The notes under the pieces: generated by a model
Databases searched by the model: none
Told to the model about the DNA's origin: nothing
What the model saw: only the letters and a program-made list of their open reading frames with translations
Made by a program: the position numbers and the translations under genes
In this document: in pieces, positions 51,413 to 64,000 of the stretch
How positions within the stretch are numbered: position 1 is the first letter of the stretch
How the letters are laid out: every line of letters starts with the position of its first letter
Source of the DNA: Bilabrum cf. latius
Taxonomy: Eukaryota
Direction: 5' to 3'
Length of the DNA stretch: 64,000 nt
Assembly (NCBI GenBank): GCA_965178125.1
Contig: OZ237735.1
Coordinates: forward strand, 1,364,001-1,428,000

Positions 51413-51541
51413 CCCTAGCAAAATGAGTAGAATTATTCACGGATCTATTTTATCGCAAGGTCAGTCGCACAAATGTCAAAGCCCCAAAACACGGGAACGC
51501 GCCGGAAACGGCACGGCTGCGATACCCCCCATGCACTTGGC

Positions 51542-53047
51542 TCACGACCCTCCGCCACCTGTCTTGCCCTTCATCTCTCCAGCGAGCTTGTCCGCCACTG
51601 CCCTGGCTCCCTTGGGGTGGTAAGAGGAAGCCTCCTTGAGGATCTCCATGCGCATGGCGTCGTCCGAGTCCATGCCCTTCTCGAAGGAGAAATCAAAGGT
51701 CTCTTTGCACACTGGCTCGTCATCGGGCGAGTGCAAGGACGCCAGGTAGGGGTGCGCCAGGGCCTCGTCCACCGAGATGCGCTTGGCGGGGTTGAAGGAC
51801 AGCATCCTGTCGAGGAGGTCGAGGGCAAGCGGGGAGGCGCCCGGGAAGATCTTCTCGAAGGGCTGCTTGGGGTAGTGGCTGTGCCGCTTGATGAACTCCC
51901 TGGCCCTGGGGTTGGTCACGAACTCGTAGTCGTCTGGCTTCGGAGCGCCCAGCTTCTTGAAGATGAGCTCCAGCTGGTCCATGTAATTCCTCCCCGCAAA
52001 GAGGACCTTCCGTCGCAGCAGCTCTCCCATGATGCAACCCACGCTCCACACGTCCGCTGCCACGTCGTACTTGCAGTCCAGCATGATCTCCGGGGCGCGG
52101 TACCAGCGCGTTACCACGTAGGCCGTCATGTCCAGATCGTCGTCCACGCCGCGGGCCAGACCGAAGTCGCACACCTTGAGGTCGCAGTTCGAGTTCACGA
52201 GGATGTTGCTCGGTTTCAAGTCGCGGTGAATCACGTTGGCGCTGTGCATGTACTTGAGCCCCCGGAGAACCTGGTAGACAAAGTACTGGACGTGATCGTC
52301 GGAGAGAGCCTGCTTTGAGTGAATGATTCTGTGCAGGTCCGTCTCCATCAGGGCCGTGTACATGTAGATCTGGTTGAAATCAGACGCCTTTGGGCATTCC
52401 ATGTAATACAGCGAGATGAGGTTCTCGTGGCCCTCAAAGTGCTTCATGAGCTTGATTTCGCGTACTATCCGAAGAGCATCGACCTTATCACGGAATACGT
52501 CCGGAATCTTCTTTACCGCCAGCCCAGCGCCGGTTTTTGTATCTTTCACCTGACTGCAGACATGTATGATAGCTTTTATGACGAAATACTCGCGGTGGCA
52601 GCTCACAGCAAGAATAGATACCACTTCAACGCACCGGCCAATGCACAGTAGATCAGGAAGCCTCGTTTGGAACCTTCGCAGGCGACCATTGAAACTTTAT
52701 GGCTACATGTATAAATTAATTGCTAAGTAGCAACTGCTCCAAGGCAAGCGGCCGGCACAAACCCCAGCGGATGACCCAAACGGTACTGTTGCACAATGCG
52801 CAGCGGCGAGGCAGACCTTGCTACCTGTGGAGCGGCAGCGTAAAAATCATTTGCTCACGCTACAACGCCATAAGCTCCCTTTCCAAGCTACTTCTCGTAC
52901 TTGAAGCGACCGTCGATGCTGCGACACAATTTCTGTGGTGCGTACGGGGTCGTGAATCGTTAACGTATTCAGCACAGCCGGCTGCTCGTATACCATAGCT
53001 CACTCAAAGGGCTCTAATTTCTTCGCGCCTGAAGCAACAGAAGCCAT
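51542..53047 (-). CDS. Mitogen-activated protein kinase (TAY activation motif), 3 exons
   Basis: Exons 53047-53004, 52918-52859 and 52553-51542 give MASVASGAKKLEPFDIDGRFKYEK*LGKGAYGVVAQVKD..AVKK..LRIVREI..HRDLKPSN..CDFGLAR..MTAYVVTRWYRAPE. TAG at 52888; ends in TGA. Confidence 0.93.
52554..52858 (-). other. Spliceosomal intron 2 of the MAPK
   Basis: GTGAGC...CTGCAG on the minus strand; joins the Gly-rich loop exon to the kinase body. Confidence 0.8.
52919..53003 (-). other. Spliceosomal intron 1 of the MAPK
   Basis: GTGAGC...TCGCAG on the minus strand, phase 2. Confidence 0.7.
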
Positions 53048-53249
53048 ATTCGTGCGTGAGCGTTGCAAGGATGAGCAGCATTCAACTCGTCGCCAGTTTT
53101 TGTGCGTTCCGGTTCGCAGAGAACCTGGCCGAACCGCGAAACCTCTAGACTGTCTAGATTGGCGAGGGCTCTCATCTGATCAGTGGCTCAGCTGGCTCGG
53201 TGATCGGGAGCATGGGAGTTAAAGCAATGCGAGTACACTATCACGAAAA

Positions 53250-56200
53250 TCATGAAGGTTTCCCAGAGGTCGTCGAGCCCGCCACGGTGCTAATCACCAG
53301 GGGACTCAGGCGATGCATCTTGCGGCACCTGGTGCAACGCACGAGCAGCCGCCCGTCGTGCAGGTGCGTCTGCTGCCAGCCGAACCTCTGAGCCGTCTTG
53401 CGCATTGACGATGCCGCACTCAGCGGAGAAGCTGGCACCCTGAACACGAACCCGCACCGCATGCAGTAGGTCTCGGTGCGGCTGCCCCAGACCCTCCTGT
53501 CGGGATAGTAAATCCGCCTCGCCGAGCAAACCGGCAGCGCCCGCTGCAGAGGGTATTCCCTGTCCCTGTCCTGGTCGTCCAGCGATCCCTTGATCCCCGT
53601 AGCAGCCCCTGGGCCGCTTCCAACAGTGCCAGCGCACGGGTCACCATCCTTACTCGCCTCGACAAGGTCATCGCCCCCGCCCAGCCAGTCGATGGATCCT
53701 TTGAGCGTGAACCCCTCCTCGTGCCGAAGCAGATCCACGTTGCCCAGTGCATCTCCCATCACCACATGGCTGCCAGACGCGGAGAATGACATGCTCGTGG
53801 CCACGCTGGTCCGAGGCAGCCAGATAGAGCAAACACGTAGCTTGGCCTGAACGAAGGTGCTCTGGTGGGTATTCAGAAGCACAAACACCCGGTGGTCCGC
53901 CGTGCCCACGACGATCCGAACGCCGTCCGTGCTCCATTCCACCTTTGTCGGGCTAGGAATGTTCGCTTCAGCAATCACCTCTCGGGTGGGCACATGGAAC
54001 ACCACCAAGCTGTCTTCTGCCCGGCTGCAGCTTACCACCCTCTGACCGTGCGGACCCCACGCAGCGTCGTCTGGGGCCACAGCGTGCCCTTCAATGTACT
54101 GGCACTGGCCGATCCCTATCCCGCGCTTGCGGCCGTCCTTCCCACGCACGGCTCCCTTGGAGTCGCCGCTGCCCTCCACCAGCTCTTCCAGCGTGATGCG
54201 CCGCCTGGCAGCAGCGGGGAGGCTCGAGCCCGGGGGCGCGTACAGCTGCAGAGTGGTGGCAACGGATGGCCTCGACTGAGGCCTGCCGCTGGAAGTCTTC
54301 CACTGTGTCGAACCAAGCTTGCCTTCTCCGTACAGCTGCACCATCGATGCATCCTTTGGCTTCTCTCTGTCGCCCTCCGATGACTTGAGCCTGACGTGCT
54401 CCAGCGTGTCCGCAGCGGCTGCCTTGGCCCTTCCAATGGCCTCCGCGTGCGTCACATCGGGCTCTCCTCGCCCCGAGGACTGTCTCTGATGGAAAAGCAT
54501 CATGGATCCTCGCCTTGCACCAACAGACGCATCTGACGTCTCCTGTCTCTGCCTCTCCACCTCGCGAGGATCCACGTCGTCGGGCTCCTCCGTCTGTGCA
54601 AACCTCCAGACGGCGATCCGCGGGGAGGAGGAGAGGCACATGAGGTAGTTCGCCGTGGGAGAGAAGGAGCAGAACCGCACTGCATGATCTGCCACCGATG
54701 CAGCGCTGGCCAGGCCGCTCGTGGCACTCCTGACGTCCCCTAGCACCAGCACGTTGGGCCCCTCTGCCCAGCTCGACTGGCCCGGGGCGAAGGCGGAGGA
54801 ACCCCCTGCCGTCCTTGCACCGCTCGCCGTGGCTCGTCGGGAGAGGAGCTCGTGCAGGATGACGCACCGCAGAGTGCCGTCGTTGCACGCTGCGACTAGG
54901 ATGGTACCGTCGGGAGAGAACGCAAGTGCTCTCGCGCGGATGCTGGGGTCGGGCTTAGCGCCAGCTCCACTCGCATCTGTGCTGACACCGGGAGGCAGCA
55001 GAACTTCAATCCGTTTGCCGTTGATGGTTTCAAACAACTCAATGATCTGACCCGCGTCAGAGTCCCCGCTCCCGCCCGCGCCGAGCTGGCGATTCCTCCC
55101 TGCGAACACCCGATCCCTGTCGGTCTTGAGGCTGGCAGCAGCGGCGGCATCCGGCCGCTTCGCGCTAAAAGCCTTCGACGAGGGCGCCCAGGGCTGGTCG
55201 TCCGCAGACCGAGCAATTGCCACCGTTCCACCGTCTTCGCTCACGGTCCAGCAGTCGACGGATGAGCGGCACAGGACGTGCGCCTTCCGCAGCTGGCCCC
55301 CGATCTGCACCGTACCTCCAAGGTCTCTGATGCCCGAGCTCTTACCCTGAAGTGGCATCCCTTTTCCCTACTGCGACGAGCTGGACCCAGCTTCTAGTCG
55401 TTGGAGCGCCGGTGGAAGGGCGGGCGTAATGGCCAGAATTCTCGACTCGGACGAAACCACCGATCGAGAGAACGCAGCCGCTTTGGCGTTGGATCCGCTG
55501 GCCTTCTTTTGGTTGTCCCGCGACCTGATAGTCCCTCTGGTCTGCAGGGAGGACAGCACGGACTTTGTGACTTGAGCCTTCTGCGAGGGCCCGCTGTCCT
55601 CCTTGCCCCTTTGAACCCCGTCCGCTGGCTTCTTGCCGTGGGCAGCGTCCTTTCGGAAGGTCCTCGAGCGGACGCGCTGCTTGGCCCGGTCGAGCCCGGC
55701 ATGCTTCCCATAGAACTCGGGGTCCTCTAGAATCTGAGCGTCCTTGGCGCCTTGCGTCTGAGAGGACCGGGAGATATACGGCAGGGGCCACACCGCCGCA
55801 CCCGAAGCGCTGACGGTGACCAGCCGCGTGCCGCCGTGCACAAATTCTAGGCTGACGGATCGCTCCGGGGCCACGGGTACCTTTCCCTCCGCGGTGCTGC
55901 GAGAGGCTCCAGACGCAGCGTACTTCGACTTGGCCAGAGCACGCTCGGCTGCATCGGCAGCTGCAGTGCTAACACCGCCTAGCTTGCTCCCAAACGCGGA
56001 CCGGATGGAGAGAGTGGCAATCTTGCGACCATCCAGGTCAACCACCTTAATGTTGCCCCGCTCGTCCGCAGTGGCTGCCTTGTACACGTTGGGATATTTG
56101 GCAATGCCGCTGCCACGAACCGCAGCCGAGTGTGGCAATTCGCGGAGTCCGTGAGCAAGCAACCCGGGCTGCCACACCTTTGCAAGCCCATCGATGGAAG

Positions 56201-59200
56201 TAGTCAGCATCAGCTTGCCGGAAGGCGAGTAGGCCAGGTGCACAACGGCGTCACGATGGCCAGCTAGGATGCCGCACGACATTCCAGTGTCCACCCGGAA
56301 CACCCTCGCTTTGCCGTCTGAGCAGCCGATCGTCACGCGACCGCGTCCAGAGAAAGCAGCGCAAACTGGAATTGCTCCCAGCTGTTCCAGCGCCGATGCG
56401 CCCAGCATGGAGCCGGTGGGCAGCGACAGCGAGCTGATTCCATCGCTCGAATCGCCCCTGCTGCCAGTGGAAGACCTCGCCAGCGTGGACTGCTGCCTGA
56501 TCCAGGCGGCCCCTTGCTCCGCGTCCTGGGCCACCCCTCGCGCACCCACCTTGCTTCGCCTAAGCCGCACCGCACGCGCAGATGCGCCCAGCGTGCCCTC
56601 GATTCCCGTCTGCATGGCCCCTCCAGGCATCTCCTCCCCAATGCTTTCGTCGAAGCTGGCGGGTGGCAGCACGTCCGCGCTGCCATTTGCCCTGCTGCCC
56701 AAGCTGCCTTTGAGCTGGGGTCCGACGGCATGAATGGCGTCGTATCTTGCAGCCGGGTCCGACGTGGGTGGACGAGACATCCCCGGGACCTAGTCGTGTC
56801 TCAGCACACTCCCTTTACCCACTCTTCCCTGCCGGGATCCGATGATCGGCCGAAGCGTTGCTGCCTGGGCCTGCTCTACCGTCTGCTTGCCCTCCCGCTA
56901 GCCCGCAAGTGCTGGCGGTAGGCGTCGTACAGGCGACCGAAACCTCTGCTCGGATTTGAGCTGCCTTCTGATCGCGCTCTGCTCCTCCTCATCCGTGACG
57001 GCTGCCTGCTCCCGTGCCGCGGCCCTCAGATGCTAGATGGTGCTGGCGCTACTATCACGGCTGAGAATACTGCTCCTTTGTTGGCTAATATTCCCAGCTG
57101 GGGTTCCAGACCGCGCGGCTGCTGTCAACTCCTTCAACGACCGTTGAACGAACGCTGGTGTGGAAGACCGGGCCCGGACGGGGTCATCCATGCGACCGAC
57201 AGTACTTCCCCTTGAGCCTAGCACGCGGACATCCCTGCCACTGCTCCTTGCAAGGGCAGGGGTAGACCGAGACAGGGACAAGCTGCCATTGGATTGTTGT
57301 GAGACAATCGACTGGCTCACCGGACTCGAAGATCGCTTCGATTCCACAGAACCGTGAGTGCCGTGCCCTTGGTGCAGCAGCCCCAGTCCTGTCCCGCTTG
57401 GGAAAGGGCTCGCCCTGGTTGCTAGAGACAGGCTCTGCTAGGATTGCACCATCCCAGCCATTGGATGGCCCAGTCTGCTGAAGGAGCGAGACGCACCAAG
57501 TCCGGCCGAGTTGGGCTTTGCCCCTAGCGTTATCTTCGAGTCAGCAGTAACCGCATCAAGCACGCTGCTTTGCTACGACTCCGCCATGCTAGCAGCCAGT
57601 GACGGTGCATGGTTTGACTTAAGCAGCATGGACCCGACCAGTATATCATTCTTGCAGTCAGCACTGGTGCCCTCGGTGACAGCACGCACGATCGCTTTGG
57701 ACCCACGATCACGGGTGGTGAGCGTCTTGGCGGCAGCGAGCTCTGCCATGGATCGAGACGTGTCAGAAATCTCTGCGATGCGTCTTCGGTCCGCAGGAGT
57801 GGTACGCCCCATGATAGACTGGGCAAGGAGAGCAGCAGCCGCATCCCTGGGCAACCCTTTCTGCTTTGACAGGGCAAGGGATGCCTGCTCAGGGTGGTCG
57901 AGGAGCAGGCGCGGCCTGCTGATTCCCGCTGGAAGCTGCAGAATGTAATCAAGACCGACTGCGTCTAGCCCCCCATGACTCGGCTACAGCATCGCCATGA
58001 AGATTGGAGTACCGTCTGGCAGTGTCTACCGCGTTGCTGGGGTATGGACGGCCCGAGACTGGAGAAGAAAGTCGAGGTGCTGCGAGGGCAGGTCGCTGAG
58101 CCACTCGGTGTTGATCAAATTTTCCACGCTGTCCCAGTTGATGCTCGGCTCATCGCCGCCTTCGTTTTGTAACGACACGCTGTGCGCACCGTCGAACATG
58201 GAGGGGCTCTGAGGGCCTTCGCTCGTCATGGTAAACACAGACGGCCCAGCGATCAAAGGAGCAGACGGCGGCGAGACTAGCTGCAGCGACTGCTGCAAGC
58301 CAGGTTGCTGCTGGACTTTGGGAGCGCCGATTGCCGGTGTTACAGTAGTGGCATGCAGCGTGCGGATCATGGTCGCCGACACGAGCCGGACCTGCCCCGA
58401 TCGAGGAAACCCGCCCCCTCGCGAGAACTCGTGAAGCTACTTGACCCGATCCCTTCGAGAGAGCCTGGACCGTGGGCGCGACTGGGTAGAATCCTGGCTT
58501 CTGGTATGCTGCCCCGGCTAGGGAAGCAGCTGGTCGTGGCTCTGTTTTCGTAGAAAGTGCCTTGACACCGGACTCATCATGCCGGCGGCCGACACCCCGG
58601 CCGCCTGGTCGATATCGGCCGAGGCGAACTGAAACGAAACGTGGGCTGCGTCTCGCGCAGAATCCTGCTGTGACGCATCGTCCTCCGATGAAGACGAATC
58701 CGAGTCTGAGTCTGCCAGGGCAGGGCCTCGCGTAGCGCGCATCGCCGTCTCTCCGAGGGCGCCATCATCCGTCTCGCCGGGCTGCAGAGGGATGAACCCC
58801 GGCCTCCACTCTCCATCCCACACCCTCATCTGCCGATGGCCAGCCACAATTATCAGCCGATCCAGCAGGTGTGGGTTGGGCGGCTGCGTTGCTTCCGCCG
58901 ATCCAGGCATGTATCCGCTGCCGCTCTCTCTCGCAGGACGCAAAGGTGACATGGGTCCGACGAAGCTGATGTTCCTGACAGAATCGCGCAAGCCGGCGCC
59001 GCTGCGAACGCTAGGACGCGGCAAAGCGTTAGATTCCGCTAGATCGCGCACCTTGGATCCTCTCGGTACAGACTTTGAATCGGTCGCCATAGACATTCGC
59101 TCCATTCGAGATAGCGGCCTGGCACCATCTTCAACGCTGTGCTGCTTGAGACCACCCCCAACTGCCCGCCAGGATGCGATTGGCAGCGGCTGGTCCTCGG

Positions 59201-62200
59201 CCTGCGCAAAGCTCAGTGCACCCTCTGTGTTGAAGGACCAGAGCACGACCCGACCCTCTGCATCCCCGCTGCACAGGTGCGACCCGTCATCGGACCACTC
59301 CAGCGCGGTGACAGAGGCCGAGTGCGAGGGCAGGTGCATTGCTGCCAGCAGCTTGAGGCTTGGGGATACCTCACCAGACCCTGCGGTTGACTTTTCCACG
59401 GAAGGGCGACGTTGGCGGCGGTGCCCGCCAGATTGCTGTGACCTTTGCGGCTGCTAGTGTCTGCGATTGCTGCCTGCACCGCGCGACTAGAACGCGCCCC
59501 CAGTCCTCTATCCCACTGTAGGTCTAGGAGAGGCACTGAATATGCTCTTGCGCTTTAGCACGTCTGTGGAATTTCCAGGCCGCACTGGACCGTACATGAC
59601 CTTGCTGAGCAGCTGTGAGTAGTCCCACAGGACCAGCCGGCCATCCGATAGCCCGAGAGCGACGATGTTGGTACTGGATGGCCGAATCCGGCAAGCAGTC
59701 ACACCAACCCGGGCCAAGATCCGCGTGGCTATGCTCAGTCGCCTCACACCCCTCGATCCGCCCCCCGCGCCCGTTCCTGTCCGCCGGTGCCTGCCACCGG
59801 CACTCTGCGGTGACGGCACACGAGCAGCTCTCACGGACGGACTGATCATCCCTGACAGGCCGCCGCTAGCGTGCCTTGCCTTGCTTGGCGACGCTCTTGG
59901 GCGCGAAGCCGGGCCTCTCCCACTGACCTCCACTGCGGGTGCGTGCTCTGCGCTATCCCACAGAGCCACGCAGTCACCGCTTCGCACGTCCCAGAGACGC
60001 GCCCTGCCGTCCATGCTGCCGGTGACGATGTACTGGGCCCCGCTCGGGTCGAACTGGCCTGCCACCACGGGGGCCCAGTGCCCCGACAGGGTGGCCAAAC
60101 ATGGGTCGCGCTACTCCGGCTTGTTAAGGTGGCGAAAGAAGGAGCGTCCTTCCGATAGGAGCCTCCAGCTGGCGTCCGAGGCTTCCGTCAACGGGTGGCT
60201 TGAGGGCAGATTTGCAGCCATCTGGAACAGGCTCTGAGGCAACTCAGCGATCATGGCAGCATTGGCGGCAATGAACTGCGACGTAGCCACCACACGGAGA
60301 ATATCCTGCCGGCGAGGAGCCTGTTTTCTCTCCGGAAGGAACACAGAGCCGCTTGATGTGGTTCCCAATCCGCCCGTGAGACCGCTCCGCTGCGAGTGGA
60401 AGCTGCCTTGCGCGTGGATACCCGTCGCCCCGGTCTGGAAGCCAGTGACCCCGAGGATGCTGCTCTCGGGTGACAGCGGTGTCATCGCGGCGCCGCCCTG
60501 CTAAGCGGCTCCACCCGCAGCCTTGCGCGCCTGATTAGCATTTGCAAGCCACGATTTGAGCAGGTCGCTGACCAGGAACAGATTGCCAGTCGTCGCCATG
60601 GCCTCGATGTAGGGCAGGCTCGTGAGAATGGAAGCAGCGTCTCTGTACCTTGCGGCGTACATCAGCTGCACCGGGAGCGCCCGGAGCGCCCTCACCGATG
60701 CCGCGCTGCCCATGTCCCAGGTACCAATCAGACTGCGAGCCGGAGCATCGACCGAGCCACCGCCCCCGCTCGGATGGTCTAATCGCATTGCCTGTGCCAG
60801 CCAGCTCTTCACGTTATCTCTCTGCTCCTCCGAGGTCTTTGAGCCGTCAGATTGTTCTCGCTGTGCAGCAGAGGCAGTCGCAACTTCGTTCAGAATGGAG
60901 CCTCGCCGCTCCCGCCGGATTCGCCTCGAAGTGTCGGTCTCCAGCACGCTGGTTAATGTGGCCATGGAGCCCACCGCACCCTTCTACCCCGCATGGTCCT
61001 AGAGATTCATGAGGAGCTGGCTGCCTGCCGATAGTCCCACGCCCGGCTCACCCTGGTTGCTGATAGAGGCGCGCCTAGACCTCGCTGGGCTCTGCTGCGC
61101 CGCAGCCACCGTGGAGCCCTGCTCGCCCTCCTTGGCCGTCTTTAACTTTGCAGAGAAAAACCAATCGATGCTATCGTCGCTGTCGCTACTATCAGACTCG
61201 CTTGATTCGCCTGCTTTGCCTTCCAGCAGCGCGCGGGCCTCGGCCACCTTAGCTTCATGGCTCCCGGGCTCCGGCTTCTTCTTCCTGCCGTCAGCACCTG
61301 TCTCGTCTCCCCATCTATGCTTGGCAGCCATCGATTTTTCTTTGTTCTCTACTGCAATGGAGGCCTCATGCACGGCTCTCGCCCTCGCCTCCGCCGCAGC
61401 TCGCATGGTCGCGCTGGGTGACACGATAGCCTTCAACGTGCTGGTGAGGTCAGGCAGCGTGGCGTTCATCGCGCTTTCGGCTACTCCGTGGCCTAGAGCA
61501 CGCTGCAACATGAAGCCCGCAAGGAATAAATGGACCGCCCTGGGATACGGCGCCGAGTTCACCAGCAGGCGGCCTAGCTGGCCGATCCGTCCAGGGAGCG
61601 ATCGAGTCGCGGAGGAGACCACCGAGCGGCCCGCCAAGCCGGAGGGCTGCACCTTGCCGGCACCGTACCTATCGTCCTGATGGCCAATTTCCCCAATGGA
61701 GCTCAGCCCGACTGACGCCGCGCCATCGTCCTCCCTCTCCGCCAGCTCGGCAGAGTCCTCCTCGAGCAGCCGGAAGCGCCTGGATCCAGCCTCCCTGCTG
61801 CCCATTTTGTTGCCATGCGCAAGATCATCGCCTCCGAGATCTGCTTCCATTTGGACAGCGGAGGGGATGTACTCGGGCTCCAGTGCACTGGCTCTGTAGT
61901 GGCCCCAGTATCTTCGTCTCACAGCGCGAGCCAGCGGCCCCACTGCAATCGCCACGAGCTCCTCACCGACCCCATCCGATGCGATGGAACCTGCGAGATA
62001 GGGCCGCAGGGCCAGCCGTAGTGAGGTCCACACTAAAGGAGGGAACGCCATGATCCCCTGCAGCTCCTCCTCGGATAGCCTGCCTCCCCCCGGCTCATTG
62101 CTTGCCACCAACAGCGTCACCACGGTGCTCACGACTGCCTTGCCGTGGTCGATCTCGAGGCGTTCGAGGTACTGATCAAACAGAAGGGTCAGCGAGTCCG

Positions 62201-64000
62201 GCAGCGCCTTGATCCTTGCCAAGACTTTCTCGTAGACTCCAAACACCCTGAGCTCCTCGGTGCTCACAGCCAGCCACAGCGGCAGACGAGAGCACTCTCT
62301 GGACGAGATGGCATCGAGCTGCGCCGACTCCATTCGTTTTCCGTGGCGCCGAAGCATTGCAATTGTGGCTCGCCTCGCGGCCGCTTGGGTCAGTGGCTGC
62401 AGCGACATTGGCGTGTATCCTCGCGCCTCGAGCGATGCTAGGCTCTCGTTCCCCTCTGTCCACGCCGACTCTCGCAGGGCATCGCTCTCCTGCTCCGGGT
62501 CACTGGAAGCCACGTCAGTCCTGACAGACACAACCAGATGCACGCGTGCCGGCAGCATTTGCTTGTGTGGCAGCACATCCAGTACGGACTGGCTCGCCAC
62601 AACGGAGCCCGGGCCTTGTGGTCCTGCGGCCGCTGAAGGGTTCGCCATGTTCACGCGCTGACCCAGCACCACGTCTTGCATGTCGTCTACCGCATCGATG
62701 ATCAGAAGCACGGGGCGCCTGGCAGCAGCCAACTCAAGGAGACCAGTCACGATCGATCTGAGCTCGCGCGGGTCGTCAGGTAGTGGGGGTGGGTCGTACT
62801 CCCACTCTTGCTCCGCCAGCAGCTCGTCTACACTCTGCGAGGTTGGAAAATCGGCACCGTATCGCGTGCGCTTCATGCCGGCAGAATCAAACGACGACTG
62901 GCGCCCCCTGTCTCCGCCATCGGAGTCCTCGCTCGAGCTTGATGACGCATACTCAACGTGCTGGGCCTGCAGTGCGGATCCTCTCCTCTTCAGCTCCGGG
63001 GCTCTGCTTGTAGCACCCTGCTTGCACTGCTGCTTGGCCTCTACTTCCAATGCGTCTTGGGAATGCTCGTCCGTGGCCAGCCAGCTGAGCGCACATTCCA
63101 CCTCTCTGCCTCCAGTGGTCCGCCCGCGGATCTGCGGAGAGGGCAGACCAGGCCCGGTAACCCGGCGAAGTTCGACGCACAGCCGCTGCATGACATCGCG
63201 CACCTGCACGGAGCTGCCGCCGCCCATGCCAACTAGGTGCGTTATGACGGCCGGGGGCTCGGTGTGCAGCATACCGTCCTCGCCGTCAGCCGCTGTCCCG
63301 CTCACTGGGTCAAGCCGGTCTAGCAGAGACGGTGCTCGCCAGGCGCCCGCGCGCGCTGGTCCCACTGCCAGCTCCACAGAGCGCCTGAGCCCATGCGCCA
63401 TGGCTGCTAGCAGCGAGGTCTTGCCTACTCCAGGAGGCCCGTACATGACCGAAGCGGACGCGATGCCAATCGTCGGTCGCTTGAGCCCCCCATCCATGTC
63501 GGGAATGCCTGTGCGGCCGCCTGCTGTGCGCACATGTCCGTTCGGCTCGCTCAGCACCCGGAACCTTCCGGAGCTCCACTCGGGCGCACTCCCACCGGGA
63601 GAGCTGGGAGAGACGGGGCTGGCCTTGACCAGGTCACTCCATTCGGTTGCGTGCCAGAGAGGCACTGGCTGCGACTATGCCAGGCAGTTGATAGCAGCCT
63701 TGACCATGCTGGAACGACCGACCGTTCGCACGCTGAGCAGGGCGCAAACCTGTTCCGATGCCCGCCTGGCCTATCTCCACGCGGATGCCTCCGCCTCCCT
63801 ATGGATGGAAATCGGGCTCACACTGGTTTCAATGCTGGTCTTGGACGACTGCCGCTGCAGCATGTCAGGACCTTTGGAACTGCTGTGGCTGCTTGACTTG
63901 CTCTGGAGCAGCTGGCCGCTCGATTCCTTGATTTCCAATCGCCGCGAAGACTTCAGAGCGCCCCTGGTGCGAAGCAGCGAGGCCCGGCCGCCCCCCGCCA
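53250..64000 (-). CDS. Giant NACHT/STAND NTPase with WD40 repeats (TEP1/NWD-like), over 3500 aa; 5' end runs off the window
   Basis: Ten ORF fragments in one frame; the junctions I checked are TAG. Walker A MYGPPGVGKTSLL, Walker B PVLLIIDAVD, TEP1-like LPLWL...ELRVFGVYEKV..RIKALP. WD40 repeats (GHWAPV..WD, HSASVTALEWS, GHRDAVVHLAYS). C-terminal CxxC...CxxC; ends in TGA at 53250. Confidence 0.8.

Noticed and set aside
52554-52624. MAPK apparently lacking the Gly-rich loop (ORF-track N-terminus MVSILAV...)
   Set aside because: That segment is intronic; LGKGAYGVV is encoded in the upstream exon 52859-52918.

Overview
GC-rich, gene-dense eukaryotic (protist) nuclear DNA with about 15 protein-coding genes, short intergenic gaps and a few GT-AG introns near 5' ends. 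The style resembles a heterotrophic stramenopile such as a bicosoecid, but that is an unverified impression. The main result is a non-standard nuclear genetic code. Nearly every gene is split in the standard-code ORF track by in-frame TAG codons (on the order of 100 by manual count), and the frames continue cleanly across them. I found no in-frame TAA or TGA in the coding frames I read. Genes end in TGA (13 cases) or TAA (1, ambiguous). TAG falls on conserved Gln positions in RecQ motif 0, transportin NKxVQ, the ATG11 ubiquitin-like domain, PGK KIQLI and a poly-Gln run, so UAG=Gln, apparently decoupled from UAA. Read this way, the window encodes: a GH2 glycosidase, a membrane protein, a ~2660-aa MYCBPAP/degenerate-PGK fusion, EMC2, DNAJC7, RECQL4, a signal-peptide-bearing N-acetylneuraminate lyase-like enzyme, a ~4090-aa TM/pseudo-cyclase x2/PAS/split AGC-kinase protein, RUVBL2, an LRR protein, a GT25 glycosyltransferase, ATG11/FIP200, a divergent transportin, a MAPK and a giant NACHT-WD40 protein. 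All family calls come from motif recognition by eye; no searches were run.
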